A DNA stretch of 64,000 nt from Eledone cirrhosa (GCA_964016885.1 OZ024742.1:193564001-193628000); one strand, 5' to 3'. Counted from the first letter of the stretch, positions 43,891-58,968 are shown. Notes: generated by a model from the letters alone, not told the origin. Made by a program: numbers and translations.

Positions 43891-45147
43891 GTTAACGTTA
43901 AATGGTGGTCATTAATTAAAAAATAAATGATTGTGAATTGTTGTGATTTGTGAATATATTTATCTTTATAGCTTTTTAATAATATTTTGCTGTTAATGAA
44001 TATATTTTCGGCGAAATATTGTTGATATATGAACCATATGATACTCAAAAATACATTCTCGTTCTATTTATTTGAAGCTATTAAGTAGAAAAAATAAAAC
44101 AACATATGTATTCTATTTTTCATACATTCGTTTTGATAAATGTTATCGGACTAATTCACGTCGTATTTAAATATTACATTCTATTATAGGTGACTTCATG
44201 AAAACAAAATATAAATGCTTTGATTTCGTTAACTAAACTTTTATATCTAAATTTCGGTGATAATATATGCAAATAGCTTTTGTTAAATCTCATTTATATT
44301 CTACATTTTATTTCTTTTGCATTTATTATTTTACATACTCATGAAAATAATTGCCATTATTTATACAGTTTCTTCAAAATTAACATATCGTTTTCGATTT
44401 AGATGGTTTTGCATAAAAACCACGGTCGGTACTTAATCATGTATAGCTATGGATAAAGACTATGGGGCTTTGTGTATACATTCCAATCGTTTTCAAATAA
44501 GCTGGGGCATGTGCGTAAACGTGATGTTCTCAATGTCTCGCTGCTCGATGACCTCGAAGAGACTTCTTCGTACATACTGATAAATATCTATCTAGGGCGG
44601 GTAAAATTCCCGAGATATCGATAAACACATATTGATGAAAACCAGAGCTCTGCCTACGAAACCAAATACAAATGGCTACGTAGTGTTATGTATAATTAAT
44701 GTATAATTATGGTTATGCAATTGTATTCTGGCTACAACTATCAGGTAAACATACGCAACCTATTTCATATTCGAGTAATTTGTAATTAACTCATTCATCC
44801 GGCACACTCCGAATTTATTTCTTAACATTGCAGGACGTGGTTTCGTGCCGGTATCGATGGACACAACATACCAATCTAGGGAACTGGTGTAAACAACCCA
44901 AACATACAGCAACACATTTGTTTCACTATTTGCTATCATCTTTAGTTCCCCTCTCATTGTCCCTCTGATATCCATATTGAAATATCTCTGCCAGCCCACC
45001 CCTTCACTAATTACTGAAGTACTCATCTGTTGTTCTTCTTAAGGTTAATGATGGTTAGGTAAGGCGGAGGAGCGGATTTAACCACAAGCTTACGACATGC
45101 CATCGCTTGTGGAGACACCATGCACTGTCATATCGTTACCTCACATG

Positions 45148-45214
<67 letters not shown>

Positions 45215-46024
45215 CTTTTCCTTTCATGCACAAACTTCGTACGGAAATGTTAAAATGAATTGCACTAAGGAATGAGATATATGTTAGTGTCAATAATAAT
45301 TGTTTCTACTTTTGGCACAAGGCCATCAATTACCCAGTATAAATATACATACATATATGACACACGCGGGAATGGGGATTCAATAGAACAGTTAATAGTT
45401 CATGACAGTTGATACTGGCGCCTGTCACCTAACATGTTTCTAGATATGGTAGATACAACTAGATAAGAAGACACTGGAGCAGCCTTAAAATCAACAATAT
45501 ACCGAATGGACTTACTCTCAATTTCGGTCAATTAAATTATATTCATAATATATTGGCATGTTAAGGCTAGAACAATACACGCCCAATTTGTTGCACTGTT
45601 GCATAATCGACTTGGTCACTGATATAACACCGGGGGATAAAAGCTAAGGTGAATTTCAAATTTCTGAATCATAGGGTCATCGCAAGGTCCAATTATTTTG
45701 TTCTTTCATAGCAATTGTATTTCTGTGGAGATTCTCGTCAATTCTTATTTTTTTATGAAGACTGAACCAATATGTCAATTTTATTTTGAAATGTTTTGCT
45801 GGCGTCTTCGAGGATTTCTCCATATTGCTGGGAGTGTATGAATATAGGGAGAAAACAATGATTTAAATGGATTTTGCTTCCGTATTTTATAATATTTTTA
45901 ATGGACTCATATATTTGCGCAAACGATAAGAGATTTAGGTTTATTGTTATAGGGAAGAGATGATGTAAGCCGACCAACCTTGTCATAGCACATATAAATC
46001 AACCAAAGAAAGACATTGCTATTG

Positions 46025-46093
<69 letters not shown>

Positions 46094-46879
46094 CATTATG
46101 AACAAACTGAAACATGCGATCTTCGAGTCAATAGAGAATAGCATTATGTTGATTCATTTATTCACAATGTTTCTCGTCCACTTTCAAATGCAGCCATAGA
46201 TTCGTTTTATGTTATCCATAATTATTCTATGGTGTTTCTGTTTCCAGAAATATATGAGGCAGAAATATTATAAGAATTAGCCTGGGGTTTTCCATCGTTT
46301 ATGTTACATAATACAAAACAATGTTCCTTTATTTTGCGTGTTTCCGAATATCACGTTTGGAAAAATGTGGAACTATACATGTGCCTGAGACATGCGGCAC
46401 AGTTTGAATTGCTAATTAGAGACATTATACTCTTTCCTGTTAATACAGCAAAATAAATGTGTAAATGAAATATTCAACAAAAGCATATTAAAGGCTTTTA
46501 CTGTGTTCCTATCCATTTGGGTGAAAGGCATCCCCGTAAAGTTAACATTCTCCTAAATATTGTACATGTTTCATATTTAAGGAACATTAACAGCAATCAG
46601 GGATTAATGCCCTGCTCCCTGTTTCAGAAAATGTACAGATTTTCTCTGTAAAACTGAAACTTATTATGTCAATACTCATTAGCTTCTGTTCAGTGTATAT
46701 AATTCTATCACATGACGAATCAGCACAAAGTATATTAGATTTGGGAATATTCGTCAAGTATAAGCCACACTGCGCTTTCATAATTAAATCCTACCGTGGT
46801 TGATGTTGGCTTTAATTCGTCCGGATTGTCTGTGAAGATTTACCCGCAATGTAAGCAACTCGTCTAGGAGATCTACCAC

Positions 46880-47205
46880 TCCGAATAAATTGGTGCGGGG
46901 TAGAGAAGTCCCCTAAGTCCAGCAAGACAACTTCCCTAGTGCTGGTGGCACGAATAAAAGCACCCAGTCCATGCTGTAAATTGGAGGGTTGGATGAGGAC
47001 CCTGAGTCCAGTAAGACGACCTCTCTAGTACTGGTGGCACCAATAAACACACCTAGTCCATGCTGTAAAATGGAGGAGTAAAGAGGGCCCCAGAGTCCAG
47101 TAAGACAACCTCTCTATTGTTGGTGGCACGAATAAAAGCACACAGTCCATGCTGTAAAGTGGTGCTGGTGTTAGGAAGGGCATCCAACCAGTATAATAAA
47201 AGCCA
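46880..47205 (+). repeat. Three 89-bp tandem units within an RTE-related SINE segment
   Basis: Unit starts 46911, 47000, 47089; ends ggtgttaggaagggcatccaacc; decayed relative near 6270-6345. Confidence 0.8.
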
Positions 47206-47269
47206 AAATTATGAGCACAACAAATAGGAATTGCAACAAGATTAATCTAACCACCCTGGTTCCATACTA

Positions 47270-49040
47270 AAAAATCTAGTGTTCAATATCTCACTCAGAT
47301 TATCTAAATTATCATCTAAGGAAGAAATATACTATAAACATGTACTTATTATAATGAGGCTTTAGCTAGAAGTGGCTACAAAGATAACATATTTTACATA
47401 CCTAACACCATAAATACCTCCAGCATACAACCAAACATAAACAACAAACACCATAAGAAACACCTACAATTTAATGCCAGCAATAAAGCCCCGAAAAGCC
47501 TAGATCCTACCACTACTCCTAGTACCCACATTAACATGAACGACACAAACTCTCTAAAAATCATCAATCCTAACGCCTCTGAATATTTCTATAACGTACC
47601 TAATAATATTACTACTCACCATACGAAAACACCTAACTCCATTAATCTTAAAAAAGCAGTTAATAATAACATCTTATATCTTAATTCTGACAATAAACCT
47701 AATGATATATTACCTATTTCCTTGATCCCTCAACCTAACCAAACTGCATCCTTACAATCCAATAAACCAGAGAAACATATCCGAACTACTATAAATAACA
47801 AGAATAATACCAAAATACCAGGTCCAATCAATAAGGCTCCATTTATAAAACTCCCAATATCATCGATAAATCAAACAAGAAAAACAATAAATCAAAAAAT
47901 AATACAATTCAAAAATCTACTAAACAATTTGTTTACACCCCTAATAACAATAACAATATCAGTATCATCTGATAACAGAATCTACCCTCAAACGTCTATA
48001 CATACCTAATACAACGATAGGAAACCAATTAGAAACCTCACAAGAAAAGTAACATGGTATAATGCTCCATTTAACTTGCAAACTATGGGCCAAATCCCTA
48101 AAAAAATGTTTGCAATTCTCGATAAACATTTTCCACCTAACCACAAATGCCATCAAATCTTAAACAGATATACATAACATTTTCTTACTCCACATCGAGC
48201 AATATACAACAAAAAATAAGTGCATGTAACATCTATAAATGTAAAAAAAGCTCCATGTATACCCCTGGCACACCACACACAAACTAACTATAATAATACT
48301 ACAGCGCATAACCAGAATATTATTACCTATCCACCAGTTACATCCACTCACCTCACCAACACAATACATCAGCCTACAACCAACTACCATCTTCCTGATC
48401 CTTAATAGGAACTATCAATTACATACCCAATCTGACCAATAACTTCCAAAACAACCATGATTCTATAAACACTATATCCCCTATAATTTCATCAACTAAA
48501 AACCCTTCGAGCCATGACCACCCAACCACAAAACCTTCTCTCTCATATACAAATGTAAATACAAATACTAGCACTATTATTGGGAATATAGAAAGCACAT
48601 CAGAAACCCTATGTACAAACGGTTGTAATTGTAAAGTAAAAAGTAATTGCCCCTTAAATGGAAATTGCTTAAATAATAATATAGTGTATAAATGTATAAT
48701 TACCACTCAGGACTCTAATCAATCCTATATTGGATCCACATCTAATCCATTTAAATCGAGATTTTATGCACACATCCACAGTTTTCGAAACACAAGTTTA
48801 GCTAATACCACTTCTTTAGCGGAAGCAGTTAATAATTGTAAAGAGAAGAACGTTAATTATAACCTAACTTGGAAGATTCACAAAACAGCCATTTCTTATC
48901 AGAGCAATAGAAAGGATGTTCCCAACAAATTTTTGAAATTACTAAATCGAACGATATTCTATTAAATGAAAGACGGGAGTTAATTATCGCATGTAACCAT
49001 AGAATTAGAAAGATATTCAAGTATTATAAATACAACTAAA
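47270..49040 (+). pseudogene. Decayed PLE thumb/linker/GIY-YIG with long Asn-rich insertions
   Basis: YNEALARSGYK, RKVTWYNAPF, CNCKVKSNCPLNGNCL, NIVYKC..SYIGSTSNPFKSRF. Confidence 0.85.
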
Positions 49041-49063
49041 TAAATAAAGAAAAAAATATAAAA

Positions 49064-49561
<498 letters not shown>

Positions 49562-50079
49562 TTTTTTGCTATTTGAATTAATCCATAGATTCAATCCTAT
49601 ATCTCATCCCTATAACTGATTTAAATAATTAACTATTAATGAGCACTATATATTACATTCTATTCAATACTCTAACAAAACTTTAGCAGACATGCATTTA
49701 AACCTATTAAGAAAACCAGATTATTAATGAGATTTCTTATTCTAAAATAAAATTCATTCTGACCACTCTAACACAATACAATACTTACACATATTTTCTT
49801 ATTTTCTTACCTTTGTATTTTTTATCTAAATTTTCTTTACTTTGGTTCCATCTATATTCCTCCACTTGTTCTATTTTTAGAACAAATTATTCCTCTTGAA
49901 CAAAGAAATAACAATTATTTAGGTGTTCTATACTATTCTACTAGATATAACACACTGATAGACGCATGTATATTTTCTTACTTTGATAATGTGTAATATA
50001 TTTTACATAGATCACTAATATAATAAACATGCGGAGACTGACCCCCCCCCCCCCCTCCCCCAGAAACAATCGTAAAATA

Positions 50080-50275
50080 ATTGTTTCTACTTTTGGCACA
50101 AGGCCAGCAATTAACCAGTGTATTACTGGTACTTTATTTTATCGACCCCATAAGGATGAAAGGCAAAGTTAACCTCGGCGGGATTTGAACTCAGAATGGC
50201 AAGGGCCGTAACTCTATGCGTCAAAGCATGGCGTCCGACCCTCTACCGATACTGCGAATCCACTGGCAGTATCAA
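50080..50275 (-). mobile_element. tRNA-headed SINE with Nin/Deu-like domain
   Basis: Minus: gagttcaaatcccgccgaggttaactttgcctttcatccttatggggtcgataaaataaagtaccag; partial relatives at 31877-31972, 32750-32900, 5440-5540. Confidence 0.85.
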
Positions 50276-50478
50276 CAATCGTAAAATAATGAGTTTTACT
50301 AAGTATTACCCTTATTTTGTTTAATTTCATTGTTTTCATTATTTGTATTATTTTGACTCTGCTTCCACTGAATTATATCGTTGAAATTTTGTATTTTAAA
50401 CTTTGCTTCACATCTACATACAGATTACATTGAGTTCTTCATACGGCATGGACCCTACCATTAATTGCTAGATTTATC

Positions 50479-50584
<106 letters not shown>

Positions 50585-50658
50585 GAGAGAGAGAGAGAGA
50601 CATACAGACAGAGAGAGAGAGAGGTAGAGAGTCAGTGGGGATGGCGTTCGTACAGATA

Positions 50659-50689
<31 letters not shown>

Positions 50690-50739
50690 GCTTTGTTTAT
50701 GGAGGGATGATATGTGTTGGTGATGTTGATAGTTGAATA

Positions 50740-52310
50740 AGTATGGCGATGTGGCTGGTGGTGGTGGTAGTAGTTGAGACATGATATTTGCACGGTCGAA
50801 TTTTACGATGGATTACTGGTTAAAAAGTGACATAGGGAACACGGGGTACTGGACTGAGGGGTCCTAGACTTATGGCGATGTGTTTGGTGGTGGTGGGGAT
50901 GATTTGTTCAACATCATATTTACAGGATCGGATTATACGAGGGGTTACAAGTTAATACCTGAGAGAGAGGACACATAGAACACAATAGTATTGAAATGAG
51001 GGGTGTATGGCGAATTGTTTGTTGGTGGTGTTGGTGGAGGTGAAGGGCGTGACATGATATTTACAAGATATGATCTTACAATGGGTTACATGTTATAGAA
51101 GACACATGAATTGAGATGAGGGACGGTGTGGAAAAGCAAAGCTGGTTATCTCTATGTTGGGTCAGGGTTAGTGTTTGGCTCTCGGCTGAATGTTTGTGCA
51201 GAGAAGGTGGTCATTCTGGTACGTCTGCAGTTTATAATAATGTCAGATAGGCATAATCTGCAGTGGTTTTTGTCGTTGGGAAGATGTGGCACACGTCTTT
51301 TAACTGACCACTTAGTATTCCTTGTCTGTTTAGTGGGCATTCCTCCCACTTTCGCAGTTGCAGTTGGGGGTTATGTGTCTGTTACTACGTTGTCGATTGT
51401 ACGTATTCTGTACGGAGCTGGCATGTAGGTTGTTGTGTTGCGTTGTGTGTGTTGTTTCGTTCTGGGTTTTGCTAGTGGTTGGTTGTGGTGCTCTCATGTG
51501 TATGTTTGTGCTACTTCTGTGTCCTATTGTGTCGCCTAGATTTGGTGCTGTGGAGAAGGAGAATTTGACAGTGTGTCTGTTAAAGAGCTTGCGGTATTTA
51601 TGTGTGGATGGGAAATATTGGTCAAGAGCTCTGAAGAAGGTTCCCGGCATATTGGTGGCAACGTTATAGAGTACGGGGCGTTGTACCATTTCACAGGTCT
51701 ACGTCGGGCTTTACGGTGTTCAGTGTGGTTGTTGTGGTTTAGTGGTTGCGTGGTTGTGTTTTGGTCAGGCGTATTTGTCATGGGGGTTCCTTCTATTCTA
51801 TTGTCGTTACGTCTCGGGTCTCTATTACTAGGTCGTCGTGTGCGATAATCAGAGTCCTTACTGGGGTTGGAGAGTATAGCTTTATCTCCAGGGCAGTTGT
51901 GTGTAACGCTGCCTGTCCTGCTGCCTAAATGATGGCTTTCCTTAGTGTTAGTTCTAGGTGGGGTGTCCTTGTCTATATGGGTTTCTAAAGGTATGTTTGG
52001 GTTTAGCGGTGTTGTGGTTCTAGTTTGGTCATGGTAAGTTATCTTCTCATTTTACCAAGCCTTTTCAAGTGCAGAGTTATAGTATTCCGCGTGCTGGTTG
52101 AAGATAGTTCTGATCGCCGACAGGTTTGACACTCTGTAGGAAATGCTTTTAACTAATGAGTTAATTATGCTCCTAGGGTGGTTGGATTGTCTGTTGACAT
52201 AGTTTAGGTTTTCGTTTGGTTTATGGTATGTGTGGTAGAGACCTGTGTCTAATTCTAATGTGACGTCTAAGAAGTTTACTGTCCCACTGTTGGGTTCTAT
52301 TTCTACTGCT
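50740..52310 (-). pseudogene. Decayed PLE RT C-terminus/linker/endonuclease region
   Basis: VNFLDVTLELD, HKPNENL, SNHPR, VKWYNAPY, FNRHTVKFSFSTAPN, NCNCE; three ~130-bp diverged repeats at 50740-51125. Confidence 0.85.
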
Positions 52311-53380
52311 AATTCTTGGGTCTTTTATTGAACCTGCTTCACACTACAAATATTACTATCCTCACTACAGTGATAAATGTTTCATCTGTCAGATAATAAA
52401 TGATTCTTACGGTCACCAGACCTACAGTAAAGGGAATGGTTCATTGTTTAAAGACACCGGCTTATCTCTACACTATATATAATACACCCCATGACATATT
52501 TTACATGTCAATTTCATACATCTGCCTCATGTCAGCTAGTTTTACACGCTAAAGTCGTAGATATATTTCTTACCTAGATTGGTGTTGTGATTATTTCAAA
52601 TAATTTATTGCAAGCATTGTTAGTATTGTTGTTATTGTTCTGATTGAATGCCATTACTACTATATATAGTAATAGTAGCCATGCCTGTATATTCCTTTCA
52701 TTCTCACAAGTTCCGATGCATTGCCTAGTTACAACTCTGTATTGGTGATCGAATGATGTGAAAACAAGCGGGTAGCGATCTCTAGACCTACCAGTTCAGA
52801 GAAACAATTGTCAGCAATGAGATTAAAAACCTTATTTGTATAGCAAGCCGTGTCACACTTCTTTCCTGATTTATATATATATAGTGTTAGAAAAGGGAAC
52901 ACAAACAAGAGGTACATATTTTCCCTTCATCAGTTGTCTACTAGTGGTCACACATGTTTCAGCGCATTATAGACAATACATTTATCCGTAACGCGCTCGT
53001 AACTTATTATCAACAATTTGTGAGTGAAAAAAAAGACGAAAAAGCGGCGATAGAGAGAAAAAGAAAGAAAAGAGAGGGAGAGAAAGAAAAAAAACATACC
53101 GATAGAAGAGGGAAACACAAAACTATGGCACATGTAAGTAACCGCGGGGAGAGTGAAGACGTTGTCACAAAAAGGCTGTTGGGTTTAGGCCCGCTGGCCT
53201 TATTAACAGTGATAGAACAAGAGAACACATCTGTTCTTGGTTAGAACTGCATAAAGAGAAAGAGAGACAAAGGAAACGGAAGTGGTCAGGGGGGCAGAGA
53301 GAAGGGGGAGAAATAGAGAGGGGATGCCGGGGGGGACAGAAAGAGAAAAGGAGAGTAAGAAATGCGGGGAAAGGGAGGAG

Positions 53381-53429
53381 GGAAAGAAAATCATGAGCTC
53401 TTCAAATATAATATACAGAAAAGATAATA

Positions 53430-53499
<70 letters not shown>

Positions 53500-54251
53500 T
53501 GAGTGTGTGTGTTTATCAATGTACAGAGAAAACAACCAGTGTATGGAATCTATAAACTAAGAAAAGTGAGGCAGATTATCTTTTCTACATATTATATTTG
53601 AAGAGCCCAGGATTCTCTTTCCTTTGAGCTCATAAATTACAGGGACCAACGTGAATTTATGACTCCGTTAATTTATTTTGATATATTGCTCCTAATAACT
53701 GTTTTCTGTCTGTCTCTCTTTATGTCGATCCCCCTTATTTGAGTGGTTTGGGCTGCGTTTTATAGCGGCTCATTCCACCCAAGCCACTAGTTTACTGTCC
53801 CATGCACACATTTCCTTCTCCCTACCACGTGTTGCAAGGCAGTTCTCTTAAGTTCTCTTAGAGTTGTAAGGAATGTATTCACGTAACACACGCTGATGAA
53901 CCTGGGTGTTTCTTTCGATACACTAATATTTTGGCAAAACAAATCTCTTTGAGTTCATACGTGTGTGATATATAGTTATAGAGGTAGGTAAATTCATTCT
54001 GATTTATATTTTTAATTATTATGCATCTACCTCACTTTTATAGATTCCATACACTGGTCGTTTTCCCTGTACGTTGATAAACACACACTCTCTCTCTCTC
54101 TTCCTCTGTTATCTTTTCTATATATTATATTTGAAGAGCCCAGGATCCTCTTTCCTCTGAGCTCATAAATTACAGGGACCAACGCGAGTTTATGACTCCG
54201 TTAATTCATTTTGATATATATATATATATATATATATCAAAATGAATTAAC
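53381..54251. repeat. 533-bp terminally redundant unit with inverted partial copy
   Basis: attatatttgaagagcccagg at 53591 and 54124; 53381-53577 is reverse complement of ~54024-54155; ends in (TA)n. Confidence 0.8.
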
Positions 54252-54572
54252 AAGCCGAATATTACATAAAAGAGGGACATCCCCCAACTATATAAACCTT
54301 AATCTAGTTAGAAAAATATAAAAACAATCTCTTCTCAACATATATTAATAACCTTAAATTACCACACTAATAATGGAAAGATATGCCGATGAGAATAGGT
54401 GCAAATATGCGATAATGAATGTGTCTAAAAACGTCCATAAGTATGTATATATATGTGAAAATGTATATAAATAAGTAAATATATATATATGTTTGATGTG
54501 TATAGTTAGATGTAAGTGTATTCATGTATTAAAGTGCTTATGTATATATATGTATATATATATGTATATATA

Positions 54573-54692
<120 letters not shown>

Positions 54693-55277
54693 TATATGTA
54701 TATGTATGTATATGTATGTATATGTGTGTATATAGATGTGTTTGTATGTGTATGTGTGTACACATGGACTAGAGTAAGTATGTATATATGTGTGTGTCTA
54801 TACGTGTGTATATAAAGATAAGTTGAGTATGAAAATGTATACACATGAGCGCGTAAGTATGTACATGAATACATGTGTGTATATATATGTGTATGCATGT
54901 GTATATATATGTAAGTATGAATATGTGAATTGTGAGTATATGTATTTTGTAGAGGTGTGCAAATATATTTGTGTGTGAATGCGTGGGTGAAAGGATACGT
55001 ACACTTGAAAGAAAAATTTAAGTCTGAATGTTAATTAAGTGCAAACACAAAACCAACCACGCATATCTTTACTATCTCTAATCCTTCTATAGATTTAGAA
55101 AAATAACCAATAATATATTCTATAAAAAATGTCAAAACAACAGATGGGAATCTAATTACTCACTGCCACCAAGAATTCTCACTGCTATCGAAAAACCACT
55201 CCTTCAACTATTCTTCTAACAACGTCTCCCCTCCCTCCTAATATTCTCTATAAAAACTAAATAGGTCCTCAGTAATA

Positions 55278-55397
55278 TTATTCTGATGAAATGACAGTAA
55301 ATAATAACATTGAAATATTGAATGTCTGCATAACTAAAAGTTTGTAGATAGCAGCTGTTTTAGGTTATGTAACTGTTATAGAAACACGTGTCAATAA
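55278..55397 (+). ncRNA. Type I hammerhead with ~90-nt helix II region
   Basis: ttatt-CTGATGA-aatgacagt...actgttata-GAAA-cacgtg-TC-aataa; host fragment ends in (TA)n at 55548. Confidence 0.88.
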
Positions 55398-55544
55398 ATT
55401 CCTTTCAACTAAACTGTATCCATTCAAATCTTTCTATTTTTCTCCGGATTACTTTTGGAACTACAACTGGAACCGTCGCGCAAACTCTACGTGAGCTGAT
55501 AATCTACTGTGTGTAATATTTATATTACAACACAACGGAAAATA

Positions 55545-55650
<106 letters not shown>

Positions 55651-56224
55651 GATCGAGTATCGAAAAATCGGCGCACGAGTTCACGATAAACGAAATTCGA
55701 CATGAGCGGCAGAGGGCTCAATAATTCAGATGAATCAGAGCTATAACTATCGTTAAAATACCGTCACATATAGAACAAGTCTACAATCAACTATACGATT
55801 TAAAATCGATAGAGGAAGATTCGTGACAAACAGATAAAAAATATCAATAAAACAATACGTCAATAATTTAAATGAATGTAAAATCATACCCGGACCCACT
55901 AGACAGGTGTTAAATCTAGCTTCATGGGTTTCTGTAAATCCTTAGACTGTACTCTATCAGCTCACATATAAATATAAAAGCCTACTAGAGTAAGCGGAAC
56001 GGAGTTTTACTTTCTCAACGAGTTTTTTCCTGGCGGCAGAGGAGCCAACTACCAGTGAAAAACGCACATGGCATTAGACAAGGGAGATGACCCCTATATC
56101 CGCGAAAACAATTCGAGTGAATGTGGAAATACACATATCGAATTAGAGTGCTCAAATATATATATATATATATATAGGTGGAAGCTAACTTCTCGGTATG
56201 GTGAACTAACTGCTGTGTAACCAC

Positions 56225-56257
<33 letters not shown>

Positions 56258-56260
<3 letters not shown>

Positions 56261-56975
56261 GTGGTTACACACCAGTTAGTTCACCATACAGCGAAAAATT
56301 GTTTCACCTTCGCGGATCTTCAGCTCGGGATGTGTATGGTTATAGGGACAGGAAGGAAAACCGTACGAAACGCGCATACTCAGAAACTCGGTCACTTCAC
56401 ACAGGCAATACTAGACTGCGTGCGAGAGGTGTAAAGGAGATAACTGCGAACATCCGGAAAGTTTTTAGGTTGAAAATAAAATTAAAATAATTAAAAATAA
56501 AATTACAAAGAATCAGTCCGGAGCCTTGTAGTTATGCAATAGATGTTTGGTGACGGGTGGACAACGTGTGAAAAATTCACTCTCGTGTTTAGGCAATCGC
56601 TATTGCGTAATCTCTTTAGGATTATTATTCGTTCGTCAATACATAAGCTACACGTCGGATTTCTCCTTGCGTATGGCTTGGACTTAGTGATGGCTTTCCA
56701 TTCAATGGAGTAGCCTATACTTGAGTCCTTGAGGGACCATACGTGGCTCGCGAGTTTCGTGGATGAACGCCTGTCCGGGTATCTGAATGTAGACTGGTGG
56801 CTCAGGAAACGCTCCTTGAATCGGCCCTCCGCCATGCCCACATAGGATTTGACCTCCTGTGGTTCGTTTGGTCGGTTGGAAGTGACCACAGCTTCATAGA
56901 TTACAACTGGTGTGTTGCATTGCTGTTGAAGGGGGCAAGCTTCAGGCTTACGGCAACAGCAGGCTTACGACTTAG
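56258..56975 (-). mobile_element. PLE 3' fragment (GIY-YIG 56503-56970, short 3' region with degenerate HHR 56289-56328)
   Basis: CRKPEACPLQQQC..VIY..SYVGMAEGRFKERF..CSLCIDE..LNTR; ccgag-CTGAAGA-tccgcgaaggt-GAAA-caattt. Confidence 0.88.
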
Positions 56976-56979
56976 TCGC

Positions 56980-57463
56980 TAACATTTCCTTTCGCAAACA
57001 CACTAACACATTTCAAACGAAACTTAGAAACGACACTAAGAAATGTAGGTCTTCTAACAACACTTTCGTTCTTTCCGACAAAACTAATAATATTTACGAA
57101 GTCGACAACACCACTTTCCGCCACCTGGCCATAACGCTATTACTTCTAAATATAAGAAAGCTAACCCTATCGCCTACCACGTCATTAATACAGAAACCAG
57201 GGAACTCGCCACCGACCTTAAGGTAGATAAGGAGCTACAATCTCTAGCTAAGCGGGAGGCGTTCCTCACCCTGAAAGATCACAAGGTAGACTTTACTTCT
57301 AACCCCACATGTTCTCCCACTGGGGCAGGTTGGACTTGGTCCTAATGGTCTTAACTATGTTTCTAAGTATGGCCTTACTGACTAGTCCCATATCTGTGCG
57401 TGCCGGGTTTTTTAGTCTACATGTGGGGTTAGAAGTAAAGTCTACCTTGTGATCTTTCAGGGT
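56980..57463 (+). pseudogene. PLE RT N-terminal fragment with a 44-bp inverted duplication
   Basis: SDKTNNIY, ITSKYKK, AFLTLKDHKVDF; 57268-57311 inverted at 57420-57463. Confidence 0.8.
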
Positions 57464-57608
57464 ATTACAAATTCCTGATATGGAACATGGAATATTCCCT
57501 CAATTTCTTTTTAACCCTTTAATTCCTAATATCTTGAGAATGCATATATATACGCATACATGGACACACTCGAACACACGCTTATATTATATACATATAC
57601 ACATGCAC

Positions 57609-57642
<34 letters not shown>

Positions 57643-58846
57643 AATCGTCCCGGGGCCCGCGCCGCGCAGCCGTTTTTTGACCGCCATATAGTACCTTTAA
57701 TTTCTAGGCCTAATCATAACTATTAGCTGTATCATGCCTCCCTCTACTTAAACAAAACCACCTCCTGTTTAAATTAATAGCACTCGTTTGGTATAACGAT
57801 GGCCTAACGACGATGGCTGACTTCCCACTAGCACACCTGAAGCCTGGAATACATTCCTAGAGTGCTTGGAAAAATTGATTTCCATATCTTTCGCTAGGCG
57901 ATCTCACTCGGAATGGATGACACGTGGTTAGGATGGGCTGGCCGGAGTCTGCAGTCGCTGCATGCTGTTTGACTGCGAAACAAGGACATAATCTTTACTC
58001 TACATCCCACTCGGATAACTTATCGAGGATCTCTATAATACAATTAAAGATTTTTCATGAAAGTCTCTTTCTTTAACTAAACCTCGCAATCCAAAACGTT
58101 AAAATTTTTTTTAAACTGTTTAATTTACAGTTTTCTAATTTTTTAAATTTATAATGTTAATCTTTAATTTTTTAAACTTCATCCTATAAATCTAAACAAA
58201 AAATTAACGTTCCAATTTTCTGTTCATACATTATACCATGTAGACCCCCACTATATATACCTCTGTTATAATATATAAGTCTGTTAAGATACGGGTCCTT
58301 TAGAATAACTTTTTTCGCGGCAATTCCTGGCCTGTCTGTAGCATGACATTAACGCTGACTTTTCTTCCTCTTTCTTTCTGTTTTCTTCTCTTTGACCGGG
58401 AGGTTAGTGGCACATTATAAGCTTTAGCCCCCTCACCAGATAGCCTTAAGTAGGCCGAATGGCCAGTACTTGAGGGCGACCGGCTAAAGTAGAAGATGCT
58501 AGATGCTCGGTCGTCCTCGGATCTATGATTCTCTGCCCCATGGATTTTATCTGTTACATTCATTTATTATATTTCGAATACCTGATGGTATAACCTGATT
58601 CATACGGAACCCGGTCATTGAAATGATCATAGTATAATAAACCTTTCAAGGATTTACACCAGTCCAGCCTCCTGTTATTTTATTATAATATTTAACTCCG
58701 TACTCGCACCACCAACTACACAAACGAAGACGGTTGAGCTGCTTTACGTTGAGTACTCTCCATATTATTACATCAAGATTGACCATACGGAATTGACCCG
58801 CTCTATCCTTCAAATCTAAATATATATATATATGAAATTTCAGGTT

Positions 58847-58885
<39 letters not shown>

Positions 58886-58907
58886 CGTTAATATGAAATT
58901 TCAGCTT

Positions 58908-58968
<61 letters not shown>

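Noticed and set aside
44760-46781. Short ORFs (88, 77, 64 aa) as possible host exons
   Set aside because: No recognisable domain or consistent splice context; the last may be a decayed LINE endonuclease scrap
46911-47170. Regularly spaced repeats resembling a CRISPR array
   Set aside because: Whole 89-bp unit is repeated with no unique spacers, SINE-related sequence, eukaryotic context, no cas genes
55890-55962. HHR-like motif on minus (CTGATAGA..GAAA-ccca..tggg-TC)
   Set aside because: Extra base in the core and no helix I; at best a decayed copy, not counted
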